Source of the DNA: an uncultured Myxococcales bacterium
Lineage (GTDB): Bacteria > Desulfobacterota > Binatia > UBA1149 > JAJCZL01
DNA: 40,201 nt
Reading direction: 5' to 3'
Assembly: GCA_964553415.1 (NCBI GenBank)
Contig: CAZKLE010000001.1
Coordinates: 1 to 40,201, forward strand
In this document: in pieces, positions 16,374 to 24,576 of the stretch
How positions within the stretch are numbered: the first letter of the stretch is position 1
Layout: every line of letters begins with the position of its first letter
Notes under the pieces: generated by a model
Seen by the model: only the letters and a program-made list of their open reading frames with translations
What the model was told of the DNA's origin: nothing
Databases searched by the model: none
Position numbers and translations under genes: made by a program

Positions 16374-17288
16374 ATGTTGAAAGTCTTCTTAATTCTCCCA
16401 GCACTCGTATCATTTCTGTTATGTTTTCCCCATGCCGCATGGTCGCATGGGTTTGCCGGTCAACGGTTTTTTCCTGCGACGATTCTCACGGACGACCCGT
16501 TCGTCAATGACGAATTGGGATTCACCGTTGGGCACCACCGGCAAGCCGGAGAGCCTGCGAGCCGAGAAATTGAACTGGAGGCCGAATACAGCAAAACACT
16601 TACGTCCAAGCTCGGCCTGAGTGTGGGAGCTGCGGTCCGTAACGTCGATCCAGTCGGAGACGGGGGCGGCAACGCCGGTTTCGGCAACACCGATATCGGG
16701 CTGAAATACCAGTTCCTGACCGTCGCGTCCCACGAAGCGGTCGTGTCGGTGGGTGTAAACGCGGAAATCGGCGGCAGCGGCGCCAAAAAGGTGGAGTCGG
16801 ATTCGTTTTGGACGATCACCCCCGCGCTGTACTTCGGCAAAGGTATGGGCGGCCTGCCTACGTCGATGAATTATCTTCGTCCGCTGGCGCTCACAGGTCT
16901 CGTCGCCGTCAACCTTCCTACCCGCAGTCGCAGCTTCACCTCAGACGGTTTCGAGAGACATCCGAGTAGCTTGGCGTGGGGCTTCGCTCTCGAATATTCG
17001 ATACCCTATCTGCAGGCTTCGGTGAAGGATGTGGGCTTTCAAGCACCGTTCGACAGGATGGTGCCGCTGGTGGAGTTCTCAGCGGAAAGTTGTCTGCACA
17101 ACGGTTGTACGGAGGGAACAACGGGAACCGTCGCGCCGGGTCTGATCTGGTTCGGGCAAAGCGTGCAGTGGGGAATCGAGGCGCAAATTCCCGTCAACTC
17201 GCCCGACAGCGGCGTGGGGGCACTTGTGCAGCTCCACTTCTTCTTGGATGACTTGTTCCCCGCCTTCCTGGGACGGCCGCTACTATGA
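16374..17288 (+). CDS. Outer-membrane beta-barrel protein (MetA-pathway/transporter-like)
   Basis: ATG 16374 follows GAGGAAAGG. The signal peptide is MLKVFLILPALVSFLLCFPHAAWS. Alternating beta-strand patterns follow, and the C-terminus is aromatic-rich. Its stop overlaps the copC ATG (ATGA at 17285-17288). Confidence 0.6.
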   Translation: MLKVFLILPALVSFLLCFPHAAWSHGFAGQRFFPATILTDDPFVNDELGFTVGHHRQAGEPASREIELEAEYSKTLTSKLGLSVGAAVRNVDPVGDGGGNAGFGNTDIGLKYQFLTVASHEAVVSVGVNAEIGGSGAKKVESDSFWTITPALYFGKGMGGLPTSMNYLRPLALTGLVAVNLPTRSRSFTSDGFERHPSSLAWGFALEYSIPYLQASVKDVGFQAPFDRMVPLVEFSAESCLHNGCTEGTTGTVAPGLIWFGQSVQWGIEAQIPVNSPDSGVGALVQLHFFLDDLFPAFLGRPLL

Positions 17289-17644
17289 CGGTGCGTGTCG
17301 CGCTTGCCGTGGCGCTTTGTCTCGCTTGGCCTCAACTCGTCGAGGCGCATGCGTTCCTCGATCACGCCAGCCCGAAGCCGGGCGCCGTGTTGAGCGCTCC
17401 ACCACGCGCGATCGTGCTCACCTATGATCGAGGCATCGAAGCAGTCTTTAGCTACGCGCATTTGACGAACACCGACGGCGACACGCCGATCGAGACGGAA
17501 AAAGCGGCCGGCGATCCGGACGATGCGACCAAGTTGCTGCTGGCTGTTCCGAGACTCGATCCCGGAACCTATCGTGTGTCCTGGAGCGTGGTGGGGCGCG
17601 ACGGGCACCGGACGGAAGGCGATTACAGCTTTACGGTTCGCTAG
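17285..17644 (+). CDS. copC: CopC-domain periplasmic copper-binding protein
   Basis: The signal peptide is followed by a mature N-terminal His (VEA/HAFLDHASP). The C-terminal part reads YRVSWSVVGRDGHRTEGDYSFTV. Confidence 0.85.
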   Translation: MTVRVALAVALCLAWPQLVEAHAFLDHASPKPGAVLSAPPRAIVLTYDRGIEAVFSYAHLTNTDGDTPIETEKAAGDPDDATKLLLAVPRLDPGTYRVSWSVVGRDGHRTEGDYSFTVR

Positions 17645-17656
17645 GACGGAGCTCGC

Positions 17657-18787
17657 ATGATGTCCCTGCAGGCTCAGATTTTGCCGGACGGGTTGCAGCT
17701 GTTCTCGCTGTTTTTGATCATCGGCGCTCTGGCTTGCCGTGTGGGGATCGTCCCCGCCATCTCGCCTGCTGAAGATGCGGGTGCAGCCACCCGAGTCCGT
17801 GACAGGCTAGGGTGGCTACTCGGCATCGCTTTGGCGCTGTTGACGGTCGCTGCCGTCACCGTGCTGGCGCTGCGGTCGGCGAGCATGAGTGGGCAACCGT
17901 TTTCGCAGCTCCTTTCCGTTGCGCCCGTCACATTTCAGAAAACGCATTTCGGTCATGTGTGGCTGATCCGCGGCGCTTCGATTCTCGTGCTGTGGGGCGG
18001 CTGGGGCCTGTTGAAGACCACGGATAAGGATCGCTTTGCCGTGTTGATGCTGTGTGCGGCGGCGGTAACGGCCTGGACGCTGAGCGCCGTGGGTCACGCT
18101 GCGGGATCGAGGGACTTCGCTCTTACGGAATGGATCGATTGGCTGCACGTGATGAGCGCTTCGCTGTGGGGCGGGAGCGTAATGGCTGCTCTGTTCGCGT
18201 TGTGGCCCCTACGCGCTCTTCCCGCCCATGGCTTGTTCATCGGCCAAGCGGTGCAGCGCCTTTCGCGGCTCGCCGCCGTGGCGTTCCTCGCGGTGTTCGC
18301 TAGTGGGTTCGGCAGTCTGCTGCACCAACTGAGCGCCGCCGGCGATCTTTTTTACACGGCTTACGGCAGAATCTTGTTGCTCAAACTGGTGTTGGTGTCG
18401 GCAGTGCTCGTTGTTGCCGCCGCCAACCGTTTCCTCTACCTGCCGGGGCTGCGTTCGGCTTCGAGGATCGCGGCCACGACAGGCCGAGTCCTGGCCGCAC
18501 TGGCCCTGGAAGCCGTACTCATGATCGCGATCCTGGCCTGCGTTGCCCTTCTCAAAAACGGCCCGCCGCCTCCGGCTTCGAGGGCGCCGGTCGTGCCGAG
18601 CGCTTGCATTTTCGGCCCCCTGCGCGACTCTCGTTCTCGGTTTGTCCTCAGGCATGCTTCGCTTACTCGCAACCGCCTCCATCGCAAATACGGCGCGCAT
18701 TCTCATCGTCGCGCTCTTGGCCGTGGTTGCGACGACGGCGACTGCCGCACCGCTTGGGTTTTGCGGCAGCCCGGTAAGCGGCAGTGA
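17657..18787 (+). CDS. copD: CopD-family copper resistance/transport membrane protein (with atypical Arg-rich tail)
   Basis: A multi-TM protein with HVMSASLWGGSVMAAL. The last roughly 80 aa are non-hydrophobic and Arg-rich. They overlap the next gene's start by 134 nt. Confidence 0.75.
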   Translation: MMSLQAQILPDGLQLFSLFLIIGALACRVGIVPAISPAEDAGAATRVRDRLGWLLGIALALLTVAAVTVLALRSASMSGQPFSQLLSVAPVTFQKTHFGHVWLIRGASILVLWGGWGLLKTTDKDRFAVLMLCAAAVTAWTLSAVGHAAGSRDFALTEWIDWLHVMSASLWGGSVMAALFALWPLRALPAHGLFIGQAVQRLSRLAAVAFLAVFASGFGSLLHQLSAAGDLFYTAYGRILLLKLVLVSAVLVVAAANRFLYLPGLRSASRIAATTGRVLAALALEAVLMIAILACVALLKNGPPPPASRAPVVPSACIFGPLRDSRSRFVLRHASLTRNRLHRKYGAHSHRRALGRGCDDGDCRTAWVLRQPGKRQ

Positions 18788-20348
18788 CGCACTTACCGCT
18801 ACCGATTGTCTATTCATTCTACAGGCGGCGGTGCGAAGCAGGCCCTGTGAACTGTGTGTGTGCGATGTCAACGACGATTCGCAGACTTCATCGAGCGACG
18901 CCTTGCTTTGTTTGCGCAAAGCCGTCGGCCAGGATGTCCAGCTTGATTGCCCCCTATGCGAGGTGACAACCTCGACAACCTCGACAACAACGACCACGAC
19001 CACCACGACTACCACGACTACCACCACGACCACGACCACGACCACGACCACCACGACGACGATGCCGCCGGTCGCCGGTTGCGGCGACGGCGTACTGGCG
19101 CCGGGCGAGGATTGTGATGACGGCAATCTGGCCGCCGGCGACGGTTGTTCGCCGCTATGCGTTCTCGAAGACAAACGCGGCCTTTGCGCCGGCGTAGCGA
19201 CTTCGGCCTCGACCGTGCTGACAACCGAGCTTTTCGCTCAGGGTCTCGCACGGCCGGTCGGCATCGGCGCTCCGCCGCTCGATCCTCGGCGCTTGTTTGT
19301 TGTGGAACAGGGCGGGTCGATCCGGATTATCAAAGACGGAAACATGCTTGAGACACCGTTCCTCGACATTGCCGATCGAGTTCCCAATTTGGGCGCCCTC
19401 GGTGACGAGCGAGGTCTGCTCGGCCTCGCTTTCGATCCGGACTATCGCATGAATCGACGCTTCTATCTGGACTATACCAACAAGTCGGGGACTACCGTTA
19501 TCGCCCGCTATCTGCGCGATCCGTCGAACCCCGACCTTGCTTTGGCAGGATCGGAGAAAATCTTGTTCACGATTCCGCAGCCGTTCTCCAACCATAACGG
19601 TGGCCAGATAACGTTCGGCATCGACGGCTACCTGTATGTGGGGATGGGCGACGGAGGTAGTGGCGGCGACCCGAACGGCAACGCGCAAAATGCGAATTCG
19701 CTACTCGGCAAGATGCTGCGAGTAGACGTCACTCCGGCGACGGCGCCATTTTATGCAGTGCCGTCTGATAACCCCGACCCCTCGGCGCCGGGGCTTCGAG
19801 CCTTGGTGTGGGCCAAGGGGCTACGCAACCCGTGGCGTTTCAGCTTCGATCACAGCGCCGGGCTGCTGGTGATCGCCGACGTTGGGCAGAGCCAACATGA
19901 GGAGGTAGACGTCGTTGACGCTTCCGGCCCCGGCTACAACTTCGGCTGGGACCCCTTCGAGGGGAACTCGTGCTTCGAACCCGCTCCTTTGGGCATAGAC
20001 TGCAACAACCCACCGGCGGATTTTACGTTTCCCGTCCTCGACTACGACCATTCTCAAGGTCATTCGATTACCGGTGGATACGTTTATCGTGGGTGCGCAC
20101 TGCCTGCGATTGCAGGCACGTATTTCTATGCGGACTACACGAGCAATTTCATCCGAAGCTTCAGCATAGACTCGACCGACCTTGCTTCGCCTTCAATCAC
20201 GGACAAGCGCGACCGTACCGCCGAACTCGATCCACCTGGAAGTGATTCGATCCGTAGGATATCAACGTTCGGCCGTGATGCGCGTGGCGAAATTTACATT
20301 GCCGACCTGTCCTCAGGTAAGATCTTTAAGATAGTAGCCGGCAACTGA
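18654..20348 (+). CDS. Secreted PQQ-dependent sugar (glucose/sorbosone-type) dehydrogenase with N-terminal dockerin-like module, poly-Thr linker and Cys-rich repeat
   Basis: The signal peptide is MLRLLATASIANTARILIVALLAVVATTATA. The dockerin-like loop is DVNDDSQTSSSDALLCLRKAVG. A TTSTTS+T26 linker follows, then CGDGVLAPGEDCDDGNLAAGDGCSPLC. The beta-propeller motifs are ERGLLGLAFDPDY, SNHNGGQITFG, GDGGSGGDP and NPWRFSFD. Confidence 0.8.
   Translation: MLRLLATASIANTARILIVALLAVVATTATAAPLGFCGSPVSGSDALTATDCLFILQAAVRSRPCELCVCDVNDDSQTSSSDALLCLRKAVGQDVQLDCPLCEVTTSTTSTTTTTTTTTTTTTTTTTTTTTTTTTTMPPVAGCGDGVLAPGEDCDDGNLAAGDGCSPLCVLEDKRGLCAGVATSASTVLTTELFAQGLARPVGIGAPPLDPRRLFVVEQGGSIRIIKDGNMLETPFLDIADRVPNLGALGDERGLLGLAFDPDYRMNRRFYLDYTNKSGTTVIARYLRDPSNPDLALAGSEKILFTIPQPFSNHNGGQITFGIDGYLYVGMGDGGSGGDPNGNAQNANSLLGKMLRVDVTPATAPFYAVPSDNPDPSAPGLRALVWAKGLRNPWRFSFDHSAGLLVIADVGQSQHEEVDVVDASGPGYNFGWDPFEGNSCFEPAPLGIDCNNPPADFTFPVLDYDHSQGHSITGGYVYRGCALPAIAGTYFYADYTSNFIRSFSIDSTDLASPSITDKRDRTAELDPPGSDSIRRISTFGRDARGEIYIADLSSGKIFKIVAGN
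18966..19061 (+). repeat. Trinucleotide (ACN/TCG) tract encoding TTSTTS plus 26 consecutive Thr
   Basis: I counted the codons directly. 18984-19061 holds 26 ACN codons built from ACC/ACG/ACT units. Confidence 0.95.
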
Positions 20349-20364
20349 GATCCGGAGAAGACTC

Positions 20365-21819
20365 ATGGAACTCGTGAAACTCAGACCGGTTGCCGACACC
20401 ACTCGCGCGGATACGCAGGAGCCGGATCTCCAGCCCGTTCTCGATGCGATGCGTCGGGCGCAGAGCGAGTACGGGTCGCCGGACTATGCGGCTCGGCGAG
20501 CGGCGCTCGATGCTCTTTTGCAGGCCATACGCTCGCACCAGGAAGAACTGTGCGAGGCGCTGAACCGCGACTTCGGTTGCAGGTCGCGCACGACGAGCAA
20601 ATTCGGCGACGTGTTGCCCGCCGTCGAGGCTCTTAAATACAACCGCAAACACATGAAGCGTTGGATGAAGCCCGAGTCGCGTTCCGTGGCCATGGCCTAC
20701 AAACCCGCCAAAGCGTTCGTCTTGCCGCAACCGAAAGGCGTTGTCGGTATCATCTCGCCCTGGAACTATCCTTTTAATCTGACTGTTGGCCCGTTGGCGG
20801 CGGCGATCGCCGCCGGCAATCGGGTGATGATCAAGCCCTCGGAGTTCACGCCGGCGACATCCGAGTTCATGGCCAAGCTCATCGGCGACTTGTTCGATGC
20901 CGACTACATCACGGTGATCACCGGCGGACCGAGTGTGGGCCAAGCCTTCGCGTCGTTGGCGTTCGATCATTTGTTGTTCACCGGCGCGACCGGAGTCGGG
21001 CGCCACGTGATGCGGGCGGCGGCCGAAAACCTGGTGCCGCTCACTCTCGAACTCGGCGGCAAGTCGCCGACGATCGTTGCCGAGGACTACTCGCTCGCGA
21101 AAGCAGTATCCTCGATTCTCGCCGGAAAAGTCCTCAACGCCGGTCAGACCTGCATCGCTCCGGATTATCTGATGATTCCGGAGGGTAAGTCCGAGGAGTT
21201 CATACGTTTGGCCCGCAGTTCCGTGGCCGAGATGTATCCGATGATGGCTGCCAACGAGGATTACACGAGCGTTATCAACGATCGCCATTACGAACGGCTG
21301 ATGTCCTACATTAAAGACGCGCGCGAAAAGGGCGCGACGGTCGTTGAACTCAATCCCTCCGCGGAGGATTTCGATCCCGCTTCTCGCAAAATCCCTCTGA
21401 CGCTGGTGTTGAATCCGAACGAAGAAATGACGGTGATGCAGGAGGAGATCTTCGGGCCGATTCTCCCGGTGATGACCTACGACAAGGTCGGAGACGCTAT
21501 CGAGTATGTAAACCTCCATCCGCGTCCCCTGGCTTTGTACGTATACAGCGAAGATGCTGAGCTGCTCGACAAGGTCTTGCACGAAACCGTTTCCGGGGGT
21601 GTCGCCATCAACGAGGTGATGTATCAGTTCGTGCAGGACAACCTCCCCTTTGGCGGAATCGGGCCGAGCGGAATGGGTGCGTATCATTCGAGCGACGGCT
21701 TCGAGACATTCTCTCTGAAGAAGCCGGTGTTCAAGCAAGCCAAGATCAACGGTTCTTCGCTGTTGCGGCCGCCCTACAAGTGGCTGGCAAAGAAGACCAT
21801 CGACTTTCTGATCGGTTAG
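20365..21819 (+). CDS. Aldehyde dehydrogenase family protein (class 3 / coniferyl-aldehyde-dehydrogenase-like)
   Basis: ATG 20365 follows GGAGAAG, 17 nt after the upstream stop. Motifs are ELGGKSP and the catalytic-Cys GQTCIAPDY. Confidence 0.85.
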   Translation: MELVKLRPVADTTRADTQEPDLQPVLDAMRRAQSEYGSPDYAARRAALDALLQAIRSHQEELCEALNRDFGCRSRTTSKFGDVLPAVEALKYNRKHMKRWMKPESRSVAMAYKPAKAFVLPQPKGVVGIISPWNYPFNLTVGPLAAAIAAGNRVMIKPSEFTPATSEFMAKLIGDLFDADYITVITGGPSVGQAFASLAFDHLLFTGATGVGRHVMRAAAENLVPLTLELGGKSPTIVAEDYSLAKAVSSILAGKVLNAGQTCIAPDYLMIPEGKSEEFIRLARSSVAEMYPMMAANEDYTSVINDRHYERLMSYIKDAREKGATVVELNPSAEDFDPASRKIPLTLVLNPNEEMTVMQEEIFGPILPVMTYDKVGDAIEYVNLHPRPLALYVYSEDAELLDKVLHETVSGGVAINEVMYQFVQDNLPFGGIGPSGMGAYHSSDGFETFSLKKPVFKQAKINGSSLLRPPYKWLAKKTIDFLIG

Positions 21820-21847
21820 TAGGAACCGCTACGTTGATGTTCCGTTC

Positions 21848-22237
21848 ATGACCGGCGAACCACGGATCGTCCCGCGCTATGTGGTCGGGCTGGTCGCGGG
21901 AGCTGTGTGGGTCGCTGTCCGTCAGCTTGTGCACGCTGTTGGCGTGCCGCTGAGCGCTTATCGGCAGGTTTGGCTGTTCGTCGACGTGGGCGGCATTGCG
22001 GGTTGGTCCGTATTGGCCCTAAGGCTGGGGTTGTACGGGCTGGGGGCTTGGGGCCTTTGGCAGGGGAAACCCTGGGCGCGCTGGTTGACGATGGCCTACC
22101 TGGCCGCGGAACTTGCGGTCTTCGTTGTGCGGGGTGCCGGTGGTTGGGAACAGTTTTTCAGTCTGCACATGATCCTGGTTCCCTACGCTACGTTCGGCTT
22201 CATGTACCTGCAGCGCGGTGCCGACGACTTTCATTGA
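21848..22237 (+). CDS. Hypothetical membrane protein (about 4 TM helices)
   Basis: A 129-aa ORF with hydrophobic segments. No recognisable family. Confidence 0.5.
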   Translation: MTGEPRIVPRYVVGLVAGAVWVAVRQLVHAVGVPLSAYRQVWLFVDVGGIAGWSVLALRLGLYGLGAWGLWQGKPWARWLTMAYLAAELAVFVVRGAGGWEQFFSLHMILVPYATFGFMYLQRGADDFH

Positions 22238-22315
22238 CGGCCCTACCCAACGCAAGTACGCTAGCCTGCCTCGGCTCGCGGTGCCGACGGCGGCGGGGCA
22301 AGAGGGACAGGTGAT

Positions 22316-23125
22316 ATGAAGAACGGATCCACGCGCTACAGTTTCTCGCGTGTTTCGGCTTTCGAGCAATGCGCCCGCCGTTTTCGCTATCGCTATCTGG
22401 ACGGCGTCAAGGAGGGCTTTCAGGGCGTTGAGGCCTTCATGGGCCGGCAGGTTCACGCCACCGTCGAGTGGCTGTTCAACGAACGCGACGGCGGCCGGGT
22501 GCGTACGCCCGAGGAGGCTGTCGCGTATTATTGCGACGTGTGGGATCGCGAGACGGCGAGCAGCCGCGTGCGCATCCGCGTCATCAAAGTCGGCGAGACC
22601 ATGATGGCCTACCACCGACGTGGCGCCGATATGGTTGCCTCCTTCTATCGCCGGCGTTTTCTCGATGATGAGTTGGAAACTGTAGCCAACGAGAAACATT
22701 TTCTCATGCGCTTGGGCGGAAAGTATTTGCTGCAGGGCTTCATCGACCGTCTCGCCCGTGACCGTGAGGGTGGGTTCCATATCATCGACTACAAAACCGG
22801 CAAGCAGAGAAGCAAGACCTTCGCCGGTAAAGAAGCTGAGCAGCTTCGCACCTACGCGATGGCGATCTTTGCGGAGACCGACGCGGAGCGGATACAACTC
22901 CATTTGGAATATTTGAGTACAGGTCGCAGGTTGAGTTCTACCATCGGCCGGGTCGAGGCCGTGCAGGTGGAAAGCGGACTGGTGGCAAAGATAGAAAGCC
23001 TCGAGGCCTCCAACGTATACCCTCCGACGCCGGGAATTCTCTGTCGTTGGTGCGGCTACAACGATATTTGTGATGCCTCGGGCATGGGCCCTCAGGCCCT
23101 GCCCATGCCCGGCTTGCGTAGCTAG
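22316..23125 (+). CDS. PD-(D/E)XK nuclease family protein (RecB/Cas4-like, with Fe-S-type cysteines)
   Basis: ATG 22316 follows AGAGGGA. Nuclease motifs are IDRLARD and IIDYKTGK. One N-terminal Cys (FEQCARRF) is paired with a C-terminal CRWCGYNDIC. Confidence 0.75.
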   Translation: MKNGSTRYSFSRVSAFEQCARRFRYRYLDGVKEGFQGVEAFMGRQVHATVEWLFNERDGGRVRTPEEAVAYYCDVWDRETASSRVRIRVIKVGETMMAYHRRGADMVASFYRRRFLDDELETVANEKHFLMRLGGKYLLQGFIDRLARDREGGFHIIDYKTGKQRSKTFAGKEAEQLRTYAMAIFAETDAERIQLHLEYLSTGRRLSSTIGRVEAVQVESGLVAKIESLEASNVYPPTPGILCRWCGYNDICDASGMGPQALPMPGLRS

Positions 23126-23160
23126 CCGCTCAAGTTTTGCCGGAGAAAGGAGGTCCCGAA

Positions 23161-23745
23161 ATGGCGCGGCTACCGTATCCGAACCCGGAAGAGTTCGACG
23201 AAAAAACCAAGCAACTGATAGCGGCGACGGGCCGTCCGCTCAACATCTTTCGCATGTTGGCGCACAGCCCGGCCATGCTGCGTGGCATGACCCGTTTCGG
23301 AGCAGAGATCTTGACCCATCAGCGCTTGAATCCGAAGCTTCGCGAGATCGCGATCCTGCGTACGGCGAAACAGTCGAAAGCTGTCTATGAATGGGCGCAG
23401 CACATTCCCATCGCGCTCGCCTGCGGTGTTTCGCAAGCGCAAGTCAACGCGCTCGACGCATGCCTGCGACTCGAGAGCGTCGATGCGGCCGACGCCCCCT
23501 TTGACCCATGCGAAATGGCCGTGCTGGCCGCCGTCGATGAATGGCTGGTAGCGGCGCGCTTGTCGGACGACGGCCTTGCGCGGCTACGCGGCTTCCTCGA
23601 TGAAGGCGAGACCATCGAGCTTTTGATGACCTGCGCCTTTTACATGCTCGTGGCCCGTTTTCTTGCCACCACCGGAGTGGAGATCGAGGAGGCCGGCGTT
23701 CCCCGTGCCGAGGAGATCAATTCCCGATTCACGGGCCGCTCGTGA
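23161..23745 (+). CDS. Carboxymuconolactone decarboxylase (AhpD-like) family protein
   Basis: ATG 23161 follows GGAGAAAGGAGG. The CMD-like segment is LREIAILRTAKQSKAVYEWAQH. Confidence 0.65.
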   Translation: MARLPYPNPEEFDEKTKQLIAATGRPLNIFRMLAHSPAMLRGMTRFGAEILTHQRLNPKLREIAILRTAKQSKAVYEWAQHIPIALACGVSQAQVNALDACLRLESVDAADAPFDPCEMAVLAAVDEWLVAARLSDDGLARLRGFLDEGETIELLMTCAFYMLVARFLATTGVEIEEAGVPRAEEINSRFTGRS

Positions 23746-24151
23746 GGTTGCACTCTCCGGCCAACTCGAGGATTGCGGTCGCCGGATCCCAGTAGGCCAT
23801 GACCGTGTCGATGGTGCCGTCCATGCCGAGTTCGAAGACGTGGATTCCTTCAAAGTGGACCGTACGGTCGTCGTTGTTCGAGCCCGTGCAGGTCCATTTT
23901 ACGGCGACGCTCGAACTGCCCCCGTAGGCTGTGTGGTCGAGCGTGAATCGGAGGGACCGGAACTGAGAGTTCAGGACTCTCCACTGGGCCTCGATCGCCC
24001 GCTTTCCCTCGGCCGGCGGTGCCCCTACCGGGTCGTGACTGACGGCGTTGTCGGCAAACAGCGAAAGCCAGTCATCGGCGCTTTTTGCCGCCAGACCCTG
24101 GAAGTACCGGCCTACGGTCTCATCGAGCTTCGGATCGGGAAATGCCTTCAT
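23729..24151 (-). CDS. NTF2-like / SnoaL-like (ketosteroid-isomerase fold) protein
   Basis: A 140-aa ORF reading VGRYFQGLAAKSADDWLSLFADNAVSHDPVG. It overlaps the convergent upstream gene by 17 nt. Confidence 0.65.
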   Translation of the reverse strand: MKAFPDPKLDETVGRYFQGLAAKSADDWLSLFADNAVSHDPVGAPPAEGKRAIEAQWRVLNSQFRSLRFTLDHTAYGGSSSVAVKWTCTGSNNDDRTVHFEGIHVFELGMDGTIDTVMAYWDPATAILELAGECNLTSGP

Positions 24152-24536
24152 AGGACCCTTGCTGCCTCAGGATGAAAACCGTTGCAAAACACGGCCTTGC
24201 CGGGACGTCGGGCTGCGCGGTCGTGCTGTCGGCGGTCGAGCGCAGGGGGTGTCGAGGATTTCCCCGTCCGACAAGGGCACGTGGTGCATCCAGCTCGAAT
24301 TCCGTTGCTGCGTAAGGGGATACGGAGTAGGCTCCGATTCATGCGTAGGGTCGGGCACTTGCGGGTGGTCATTGGCCGAGCCGCCAAGATCCGCTTGGCT
24401 ACCGGCTTTGCTGCTGCCTAAAAACAGCGGGCTGGAGGCTCCCGAATGTGGAAAATTCCTTTTCTTGTTTTCCGTCCGCCCGTTTGGGTGCACTCTAGTA
24501 GCTGAACCTTAACTGCCTCCTTTACCCCGCCGAAAT

Positions 24537-24576
24537 CGGCACCGGGCGGGCGCTGCAGCGCCGCGGCCTGGTGCCG
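24537..24576 (-). terminator. Hairpin (CGGCACC ... GGTGCCG with inner palindrome GGCGCTGCAGCGCC) 13 nt past the DUF547 stop
   Basis: The inverted repeat was read directly. Only a short T-tract (ATTTCGG) follows on the minus strand. Confidence 0.4.

Noticed and set aside
18209-19174. 321-aa minus-strand ORF containing a long poly-Val run
   Set aside because: The poly-Val run is simply the reverse complement of the ACN poly-Thr tract. The ORF is antisense to copD and the dehydrogenase.
20326-21738. 470-aa ORF antisense to the aldehyde dehydrogenase gene
   Set aside because: Antisense shadow ORF. It has no recognisable domain, while the plus-strand gene has catalytic ALDH motifs.
22316-23125. 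Calling the PD-(D/E)XK nuclease cas4
   Set aside because: No CRISPR repeats or cas genes occur anywhere in the window. Only the fold and Cys pattern are Cas4-like.
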